The position numbers and the translations under genes were made by a program. The notes beneath the pieces are model-generated. The model saw nothing but the letters and a program-made list of their open reading frames with translations, searched no databases and was not told the origin of the DNA. Below, piece by piece: positions 54,326 to 64,000 of a stretch of 64,000 nucleotides of DNA (positions are counted from its first letter, which is position 1; the number at the start of each line of letters is the position of its first letter). This stretch comes from Octopus vulgaris (taxonomy: Eukaryota), in assembly GCA_951406725.2 (NCBI GenBank), contig OX597823.1, positions 13,206,001 to 13,270,000 of the forward strand. Reading direction: 5' to 3'.

Positions 54326-54620
54326 TGGTGGTGCTAGTGCTGGTGGTGGTGGAGTTGGTGGTGACGATAGGGAGAAGGAGGAAGAGGTGGAGGCAGAGGT
54401 GGAAGAGGAAGGGGACGAGCTGGAAGGGGAGCAAAATCCAAATAATAATGACAATCAGATTGAGGTTGCAGAAAAATAAACGATGATGACGTTAGCAATA
54501 ATATAATACGATTCATTGTTGATGTTATCAAAACAAAGAATAAGGGAAAAAAAGAACGAGAACAGAATCTCGAAATTACCTTGGGGCATCATAAAACAAT
54601 GCTATATTTTCATATATCCA

Positions 54621-54693
<73 letters not shown>

Positions 54694-54877
54694 TTTCCAT
54701 GCCTATGTCTATGTGCGAGCGAATAATGTATAGGTAAGTACGTGTTTGAAACTGGGACTAACTAGGCTACGTCGTATGAGTGAAATAATTTTAAACGGGA
54801 TTAAAGACTGTAAAAATTTACATATAAATATATATATATATATATATATACACATGTGTGTCTGCATATATATGTAC

Positions 54878-54928
<51 letters not shown>

Positions 54929-54931
<3 letters not shown>

Positions 54932-55008
54932 CCTGATGAGAAGATTGCATAATGCACCCTCTATTCCTTTGGAATGAAAACATGCTGTCTTCGAAACATA
55001 TGTCGAGA
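54929..55008 (+). ncRNA. Type I hammerhead ribozyme, canonical core with GUC site, between (TA)n tracts
   Basis: TTTC - CTGATGA (54933-54939) - GAAGATTGCAT...ATGCTGTCTTC - GAAA (54993-54996) - CATATG - TC (55003-55004) - GAGA. Confidence 0.82.
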
Positions 55009-55253
55009 GTAAAGGAATTTTGTTAACATCTTCGTTCGACTCCATTCTTTCATTTATTCATATATATATATATATGTATATGTATATATATATGTATATA
55101 TCTATGTGTATACTGTGGTAAGCACATACAAATATGTATACATGGAGAGTACCAAATATGAAAGTGCACATGGTTTCACAAAGCCAGAAGATAATGGAGG
55201 CATGAATTACACATCCGTAAATGCATTAATACACACATATATATGCAGGTACT

Positions 55254-55294
<41 letters not shown>

Positions 55295-55342
55295 CGTGTA
55301 TGCGTACACATATATACATACGTACACACGTATATATATATT

Positions 55343-55377
<35 letters not shown>

Positions 55378-55577
55378 AGTATATGTAGACATATATATGT
55401 ATATGTGTAGATATTACACACGCACACGCACATCCATACACACACACACACACACGTACACATACGCACACACACACGTACTTCTGAAACAGGATATATT
55501 TTGATTTTTCTGACCATTCTTCTGGAACATAGCGTAAGAAAGGCGAGAAACATAGTCTGGATTTCTTCCACTTCTTT

Positions 55578-55638
55578 CCTCTTCTTCTTCTTCTTCTTCT
55601 TCTTCTTCTTCTTCTTCTTCTTCTTCTTCTTCTTCTTC

Positions 55639-55730
<92 letters not shown>

Positions 55731-55751
55731 GTTGTTATTATTATTATTATG

Positions 55752-55782
<31 letters not shown>

Positions 55783-55836
55783 TTACTATTATTATTGTTA
55801 TCATCATCATCATCATCATCCTCATCATCATTATTA

Positions 55837-55906
<70 letters not shown>

Positions 55907-55907
55907 C

Positions 55908-55958
<51 letters not shown>

Positions 55959-55995
55959 TTCTTTTTTAATTATTATTATTATTATTATTATTATT
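55578..55995. repeat. (TTC)n-(TTA)n-(TCA)n compound microsatellite
   Basis: Read directly. Confidence 0.96.
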
Positions 55996-56383
55996 GGTGT
56001 TGCTGTTGTTCATGTTTTTGTTGTTGTTCTTGATAGTTCTGATATTGCACTCGCTTCTTTAGGTTGTTATTTATCTATCTAACTTATAGTTCTCTAACCA
56101 TTTTGTAATTCTTCATTGTAATTTCCATGAACAAAAAGCTTTGTTTACAATGATTTCTTTCAGCTTTAAGAATTTTCTGCAGTTCTTTATGAATTCCTGA
56201 CAGGAGAAATCACAGTGAAATAACACATTGCTGTTGTGCGTATCTTTCTATTTTTTGTTCTTTTGTTTATTTGTCTTATTTCCTTCTTTTTCTCACACTC
56301 TCGGATATTTGTTTCTTTAGTTTAAAAAAAAATATAAATGTGTATTTTTCCCGCAGACGTATATTCATATTTTATATGATACT

Positions 56384-56773
56384 GGAATAGAATGGAAGCA
56401 CTCCGTCGGTTACGACGACGAGGGTTCCGGTTGATCCGATCAACGGAACAGCCTGCTCGTGAAATTAACGTGTAAGTGGCTGAGCACTCCACAGACACGT
56501 GTACCCTTAACGTAGTTCTCGGGGATATTCAGCGTGACACAGAGAGTGACAAGGCCGGCCCTTTGAAATACAGGTACAACAGAAACAGGAAGTAAGAGTG
56601 AAAGAAAGTTGTGGTGAAAGAGTACAGCAGGGATCACCACCATCCCTGCCGGAGCCTCGTGGAACTTTAGGTGCTTTTGCTCAATAAACACTCACAACAC
56701 CCGGTCTGGGAATCGAAACCGAGATCCTACGACCGCGAGTCCGCTGCCCTAACCACTGGGCCATTGCGCCTCC
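56384..56773 (-). mobile_element. tRNA-derived SINE, group B (full length)
   Basis: Reverse complement of 31097-31482. 11-bp TSD TATATGATACT at 56373-56383 and 56774-56784. Confidence 0.94.
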
Positions 56774-56899
56774 TATATGATACTAATGAGAGTTAAAACA
56801 TTTAGCCAATTTATTCCTTTTCTTACTCGTACGAGTAATATTATAATATTGTTGTATATCCTATGCCCGACACCGTTCGAGCATATGTAGTGTAAAATT

Positions 56900-58260
56900 A
56901 CAATGGTCAACAGCCAATTTTCATCAGGGATATTATATGGTGTTTTTATGCAGTTTTGTCTGCAGATTTCAAAACTGTAATCGGTTTCTTTCTATCAGGC
57001 ATAGTTTTTTCTCATAAGATAAGAGAGGATAACTCTCATCAGCAGTATCGCTACACATAAACGTCTTATACAGGTAAATTCTGACTTCTGTTTTATAATT
57101 ATTTCTATTCGTTTTGTAATTTTATGTTTTCATAATCTTTTCTTTTCATAAATTTTACTTTCTGTTTAAGGCGCCAAGTCGTCATCATCATCAAATTCTA
57201 CTCAGGATGTGAAGGCATTGCAAGAACAGTCCTGATATATTTTGTCATGTCTGTGGTTCATTTACCACCAAAGCTCAGCAAGGTGCCATCACAAGTGAAA
57301 TCAAGAATATCTAAAAGTTATAATTTTGTTGCTCTCTCGGGGATCAAGATACGAGTTGGGCCCCGCACATCATCTGCTCAGCTTGTTCAAATGGACTAAG
57401 CGATTGGCTAAATAAGAGGAAGAGAGCAATGCCGTTTGCAATACCTATGTTATGGAGAGAGCCAAAGGATCATTACAAGGACTGTTATTTCTGCAACGTC
57501 AATGTATTTGAGCTTACTGTAAAGAGCAAGCATAAGATTGCGTATCCCAGCTTGGAATCAGCAAGAAGACCAGTACCACACTACGATGATGATCTTCCTA
57601 TTCCAATACCACCAGAAAATGACCTTCAGATTCTGACGAAGATGTATTTCCTGAACAAGATACTAATGCTGTGGAAAACACCGAAGTGGATGCAGATTTC
57701 ACGATTGAAAATGAAGACGTACCACAGAAATTTTCTCAAGGAGAGTTAAATGATTTAGTTAGAGACTTGTCATTGTCGAAGGATAAAGCTGAACTACAAG
57801 AAAAGTGTCTACTAAAGAAAGATATTTGTATTACTCACTTCAGGAAGATAAATAGTGATCTGACTTCTTGCTTCTCTGTTGATGGACCACTTTGTTTCAG
57901 TAATAACACTGATGAGTTATTTCGCTGTTTGTTCCAAGAGCATGTTCCAGCTGAATGGCGCTTATTCATTGATTCATCTAAGAGAAGCCTCAAGGCAGTA
58001 CTACTACACAACGGCAAAAAATGTTGTTATGCATTTGAGTGTATTCTAACTTATTTGTATACAATGATTTAAATTTTCTAAAACAAAAAGTCATGAAATT
58101 ATCGTATCTTGTATTCAGTATACTTTATATAGACATGCTTTACGTATCCTTATAAGTTAAAACATCAGGTATCATTAACATGAAAATTTGACCTGATAGA
58201 GGAAATCGGACTTCTGCAAAAAGTTGACTTCTCTAGAAGTTGAATTCACTAAAAGTTGAT
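56900..58260 (+). mobile_element. Decayed Chapaev-type (CMC superfamily) DNA transposon, C-terminal part deleted
   Basis: From 57207: M*RHCKNSPDIFCHVCG...GDQDTSWAPHIICSAC...MPFAIPMLWREPKDHYKDCYFC...FSQGELNDLVRDLSLSKDKAEL...WRLFIDSSKRSLKAVLLHNG. Imperfect subterminal inverted motif TTTCTTTCTATCAGG (about 56985) / CCTGATAGAGGAAA (58192). Family assigned from recalled motifs. Confidence 0.75.
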
Positions 58261-59029
58261 TTCACGCCATATTACATGACGATTCATAGCATCACGCCAG
58301 ATGTTCTGCCCATATTGTCCAACCTTTGTTATCCAAGAGAAACCTCTCTTGCTGTCTCTGTTGCCATGTTTTAATTTTTTATTTGAATTAAGAATTTGTG
58401 CACAAGTTATTTGCGACTCATCGTAAATTAGCACTCCAGGCGATCGCTTATTTTGCTTAGAGAGTATCACCGGTCATTAGTGAGCTTAGCAATCGTGTTA
58501 GTGATGAGGAAATCGAAACTTAAAAATTGGAACACACTAACAGAAACCATACGTGAAGAGAATATCATTTAATCAACGGTGGTAAATATCGACAAATAAA
58601 AGTCGTTAATGTTGTTAAAGGTAGCTATGATCGAACATACTGATAAACAAAGACCATTCCAACCGTTACCGTCTTACCTGTTTTCCTCCTGAAAATATAC
58701 ATCGAAAGCGTCATCATATATACGGCAATGCATATATGTTCATTATTTCTTATATATCCATCATTCATTATTTCATTCGATTTTAAAGAAGGCTGAATAT
58801 GATTAGGAAAGATTTTTCTGATGTTTATAACACTTCTGTCGACCACAAAGTTAGTTAGTCGTCGCCAATAAATTGGAAATAAAAATTATTTACCGAAAAA
58901 TTGTCCTTTATTTCATTTTGTTTTCTGCTTTTGCTTTTTTTTGTTTTTTTTTGTAGGGAAAAACTTTTTTTTTTAATTTGTTCTTTTTTCCAGGATTTTT
59001 TTTTCGTTATTCTCTAAGAGATAATAAGA

Positions 59030-61290
59030 TTTGTTATATCGCCATGAAGCTATTGTCAATTGAAGTTTACTATCCAGTGTACACAACATAATGTTGAACA
59101 CAGAAACATTTTACTGATGAGGAGGAGGAGGAGGAGGACTAGGAGGAGGAGGACGAGGAGGAGGAGGACGAGGAGCGGAAAGGAGGAGGGGAGAATGATA
59201 AGGAGGAAAGGTAGGTGGAAGAAGTAGTGGTAGAGATGGAGGAAGAGCTGGTGAAAGAAGGGGAGGAAGAGAGGGAGGAGAAGGAGAAAGATGGGAGGAA
59301 AAGGTGGAAGAGGTGGAGAAGAAGGAGGAAGAGGTGGAGAAAGAAGAGGAGTAATAGGAGGTAGTGAAAGATGCGGAGGAAGCGAAGACGGAGAAAGGGG
59401 AGGAGAAGGAGGAAGGGGAAGAAAAAGAGGAAAGGGAGAAGAAGGAGAAAAAGGAGGAGGGGAGGAAGAGAAGGAGTAATAGGAGGAGGAGGTAGTGAAA
59501 GATGCGGAGGAAGCGAAGACGGAGAAAGGGGAGGAGAAGAAGGAAGGGGAAGAAAAAGAGGAAAAGGAGAAGGAGAAAAAGGAGGAGGGGAGGAAGAGGA
59601 GGAGGAAGGGGAAGAGGAAGGGGAAATGAGGAAGAGGAGTAGGAGTAGGAAGGGGAATATGGTAGGAGGATGAGGAGGGCAGGAGCAAGAGGAGGGATAG
59701 GAGCAGAGCAAGAGGAAGTAAAGGAAGAGGAAGAAAAGAAGGAGGGAGTGGAAAGTAGGAAGAGGAGAGGAAGAGGGGAGGAGGAGGGAAGTGGAAGAGG
59801 AGCAAGAGGAGCAAGACAAAGAAAGGAGGAGGAGGAGGAACATGCGCCCATCTCAGTGAGAAACGTCTGACAGTACTTGTGTGTCTGTTCCATTCTATTC
59901 GGTAGCGCTTATTGGAATCACTACAACACTGAGTATTTCATCAACATATCTATACTAGTCCAAACCAAATCAATGATTTCGTCCCAAAGTTTCTCGGAGA
60001 GCATCGTTGCTTTCTTTCCATTATAGTTTATTATATACATTAATTACTACAGTGAAACATCCTCCGGTCATGTTACCCGAACGGTAGAAAGTAGTTACCA
60101 CTTTCAGACAACCCAAACTTATTATGTTCTTGATCCAGGAGGAGGAGGGCAGTATCTCCGTCAAGAATATGAGTTACTGAAAGACGTGCCTTAGAAATGG
60201 GATCATCATCAGCTCATTTTCCAAGAATTTCTGTAGAGGAGGAGGAGGAGAAAAGGGGAGGAGGAGAAAGAAGAGGAGGATGGGGGGAAAGAAGAAGAGG
60301 AGGAGGAAGAGGTGGAGGAAGAATAGGAGGAAGAAGAAGATGAGTAGGAAGTAGAAGAGGAAGGATAAGAATAGGAGGAGGGGAGGAGGAGGAGAAAAAG
60401 AGGAGGGGAGGAGAGAGAAAGAAGAAGAGGAGGAGGAGGAGGGAAGAGAAAGAAGAAGAAGTGGAAGGAGAAGAAGAAGAATAGGAGGAGGAGGAGGGGA
60501 AGGGGCAGGGGGGAGGAGGAGAAAAAAGAGGAGGATGGGGAGAAAGAAGAAGAGGTGGAGGAAGAGGTGGAGGAAGAATAGGAAGAAGAAGAAGAAGAGA
60601 AGAAGAGTAGGAAGAAGAAGAGGAAGGAGAAGAATAGAGGAGGGCGAGGAGGAGGAGGAGGAGGAGGACAGCAGCTCTGTCAAGAATATGAGTTGCTAAA
60701 AGACGTGCCTTAGAAATGGAATCATCATCAGCTCATTTTCTAGGAATTTCTGTAGAGTGCGCCGCCTCAGCTCCTGCCTGGAAATCAACAACGAATCCAT
60801 GATGAGCCCGACTTGCATATGGCGTTGGCAGGAGATGGAACACATGGAGAGTTAAAGTCTTTCTATCTAAAAATTCCGGCGGGAACACCACGAAGAGCAG
60901 ACGTTCTAATCTGAATACTAGGAAATTGAGATAAGACACAACGATCAAGAGGTACATTATGCTTAATCTGTTTGGACATCATCCTCCAGATTCGTTTCAG
61001 TGTGTATTTAGCCATTGTGTCCGGAACTTTTTCTCCGTTCAGATTTACTTCGCGGTCCAGACCGTTCCAAGCACTGGGCATTTTAACCGTTCCAGTGCAC
61101 CTCGACGTTGTCGTACAGCATGGAAATCTCTCTGCTAAGACAGAGCTGCCTTGTCATCAACTTTTCCAGATTTATATTTTCTCTTTCCACACCATCGTAT
61201 TTCTTTAGCGTGGTATCAACCAATTTGCATCCATAATGTTCAAAAGAAATACGGTATGCTTTTTAACAGGATGCTTCTCTTTTTGTACGC
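59030..61290 (-). pseudogene. Unidentified decayed coding-like sequence split by purine-rich expansions
   Basis: Raised GC and protein-like minus-strand frames with stops and frameshifts (for example LDREVNLNGEKVPDTMAKYTLKRIWRMMSKQIKH and TLQKFLENELMMIPFLRHVF). No family recognised. Confidence 0.35.
59118..59839. repeat. GA-rich low-complexity tract with an internal duplication of about 131 bp (second tract at 60237-60668)
   Basis: GTAGTGAAAGATGCGGAGGAAGCGAAGACGGAGAAAGGGG starts at 59361 and again at 59492. Confidence 0.93.
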
Positions 61291-62829
61291 ATTCAATATA
61301 AATTTATTTATTTATTAATATAGATTTATTTATTTATACGCAGGGCTAAACACACAGAGGACAAAATACAAAGTAGAGCTTTTCTTTTTGAGTATAAGAG
61401 AAGGGAAAAATTGGGTCGAATTCCGATCAAAAAAGGATTGTGAAAAAGAAAGCGGGGAGGATCAACAGGGATCGTATTGAATATAAAGCACATACATACA
61501 TACAAGCAAGAGGAGGGTAAAATAGCACATACCAACCAAATGCGTCATACAAAACTGTCCTGAGGCTGGACACTCAACCTGGCCACTGAATAAATGCCAC
61601 TTTTAGAAGCTGCGATCCAGTCTTTTAAAAGCAACCCGAATTACCTGAAACCAGCCGCTTCTGTGTAACAATATTTTAGATCCAAGTAGATCAACGTTTC
61701 ACAAGGACTATGCTTATTTTTCAATATTTTCAGTAGGAAGCTATACTAAATACGTCTGTTGGGAATTGAGCACATTTACACTTCTAATATCGATGTTCAT
61801 CTATCTAAATTGTAATTTCTACATTCACTCGAGTTACGGGATGGAGAATATTTCCACTTTTCGCAACTCGACATCAGTGAGTACTTACCCATTATGCTGC
61901 TAAGAAATCGTCCAAAAAGTTTTGTCTGCCTGTTTTGTACTTATCTAAATGTACATTCCTCGATTAAACATTTTCATGTTGACCTAATTGCCATTCTCCT
62001 CCTTCTGGAAGAAAATTCACGGGCATTCAGTACACTTCCTTCGTTGCCGGAATCCATATCATGACAGCACTGTTAAATATGAATTTATAAGATCTGCCGT
62101 ATTCAATCAACAAATTTGATTTCAGGCCCCCTGAATTGATGCTCATGTTAATAAATATCTATTATAAATAACATCGGCACGAACACAAGACAATACCACA
62201 CACATATGCACACGCACACACACACGCGTGCTTGCACACACACACGCGTGCTCGCACACACATACACACACATCACAAAATGACACTATATATAATTTCT
62301 AGTATTACTAATGGTGATTTACTTTTTAATACAATCGAGATGTATTACTTAATAACAGCTCCCAATTTCTCTTTAAAAGAAATCCCACTCCACTATACAC
62401 GAAGTATTATTGTTCATACGATTACTAAAAGTGAGGGAATCTCCATTCATCTATTAATGCGAAATCACTACATCAATCTTTATTTTCGAGCGAATGGTAT
62501 CTCTGTCTAACGTTCCTCAGTGATTATGATAATAATATTTTCATATCTGATGTCGCCTGTAATTTCCGAACTCAGATTCAATAATTATTAGTCATAAGTA
62601 TTATTGATTAGATTAGGATTCCAACTACATTAAGTATTGTGGCACTGACTTGACTGCTAATAGAAGGGTGACAGAATATTAATTCTCTGAGACAACAACA
62701 CCTGGTCACCATTAGAATATATAGCTCAAGCTGGATATTCAACTTTAACTAGATAAATATGCGAATGTAAAAGAAATAGGTTTTCACTTACTGAGCTTAC
62801 CCTGGAGACAGGAAATTGAGACATGCATA

Positions 62830-62900
<71 letters not shown>

Positions 62901-62908
62901 TGATGATG

Positions 62909-62948
<40 letters not shown>

Positions 62949-62949
<1 letters not shown>

Positions 62950-63296
62950 GGCTGATGACAACGTGTCTCTAAAAGAAATGGAGAAACTCTCAAAATACAA
63001 AGACCTGGAAATAGAGGTAACTAGAATGTGGAATCTGAAAACAGAAACAATTCCTATCATAGTAGGTGCATTAGGCATGATCAAAAAATATTCAGACAAA
63101 TACATAACAAAAACACCAGGACTTACAAACACATATAACATACAGAAAATTGCACTACTAGGCACTGCACACATCCTACGCAGAACACTTTCCATACAAT
63201 AACCATCAGAGCATCACAACAAATCACAGCACATACCCAAGGCACACAGAGCTGTGCTCGGTAGTGAAGTGAAAGCACGCTATAAAAATAAAACTA

Positions 63297-63300
<4 letters not shown>
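62949..63300 (+). mobile_element. RLE non-LTR retrotransposon 3' end, subfamily 3, inside (TAA)n
   Basis: ADDNVSLKEMEKLSKYKDLEIEVTRMW...GTAHILRRTLSIQ* plus UTR ending AATAAAACTACTGAA. (TAA)n on both sides (62828-62948 and 63301-63362). Confidence 0.92.
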
Positions 63301-63362
<62 letters not shown>

Positions 63363-63363
<1 letters not shown>

Positions 63364-63914
63364 TGCCCTGATGCAGTACCAGGCAGTGGCTCTCATGGCT
63401 TCTGATCTTAACTGACTGGAAGTGTTATCATGTACATTGTTTTGTCTTGGTATAAAAGATGGGCTACAGCAAATATTCTGCTCAATACCACAGATTTGCT
63501 TGTCAGTTGTTTGACCTTAACCAGTTGAGCATGTCCCCTAGTGGCTGACGATATGTGCATCTCTGATCACACGAAGTAGTGGGGGAGCATCATAGCCATG
63601 TGTTGAGAGGGATTCTTTGGAGTTTGAATAATTCACGTCTGGAAACATGGGTGGTTCGTTCTACATCCTTAAACAATCCTTATTCAGGGACCTTTTGAGC
63701 GGGATGGGTTACTCAACCTAAAGCAAATTCTAACTGGGCCCCACCTGCAAGGTCATGTGCTTTTATCTTGATATGAGATCACCATGTCGCGCACATATGA
63801 TTGTGATGCATGTGCCTGGTGTACCCTTATCAGACGGGTAGTCATGCTGGGTATATTGGGCTTCGTATATTTTACCCCAGTGTCACTTTGATGGCATGAA
63901 CTGCTCTCTCACTC
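63363..63914 (+). mobile_element. About 550-bp non-coding insert inside (TAA)n, probably a retroposon 3' UTR or non-autonomous partner
   Basis: Complex sequence bounded exactly by (TAA)n on both sides and with no long ORF. Only one copy in the window; strand inferred from neighbours. Confidence 0.55.
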
Positions 63915-64000
63915 AATAATAATAATAATAATAACAATAATAATGATAATAATAATAATAATAATGATAATAATAATAATAATAATGATAATAATAATAA

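Noticed and set aside
53940-54479. 179-aa Asp-rich ORF resembling an acidic biomineral protein
   Set aside because: It comes from the (GAT)n repeat, is open in multiple frames, and has no signal peptide or splice support.

Overview
This is AT-rich, intron/intergenic-type eukaryotic DNA full of microsatellites and dispersed repeats. The repeat families and composition suggest a cephalopod (Octopus-like) genome; that is an inference. No complete host gene is visible, and almost all long ORFs in the track are microsatellite artefacts. Recognisable content: (i) four tRNA-derived SINE groups, several with target-site duplications (TSDs) and one forming head-to-tail multimers; (ii) decayed DNA transposons (two Tc1 copies, three mariners, a probable maT/DD37D-type piece, a Chapaev-type CMC element, two MITEs, a Helitron cluster); (iii) 3' ends of restriction-like-endonuclease (RLE) non-LTR retrotransposons stacked co-orientedly inside (TAA)n tracts and, for a separate lineage, inside (CATA)n tracts; (iv) Penelope-like relics in or beside (TA)n tracts, comprising one GIY-YIG fragment and about eight type I hammerhead-ribozyme motifs from several unrelated families, three with an intact core. 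Weaker candidates: a GPCR-like terminal exon (2789-2933, +), a phase-consistent minus-strand exon chain (53.7-61.9 kb), and an unidentified decayed coding relic (59.0-61.3 kb). The most notable pattern is that different retroelement clades occupy different microsatellites. Everything was read by eye; no searches were run.
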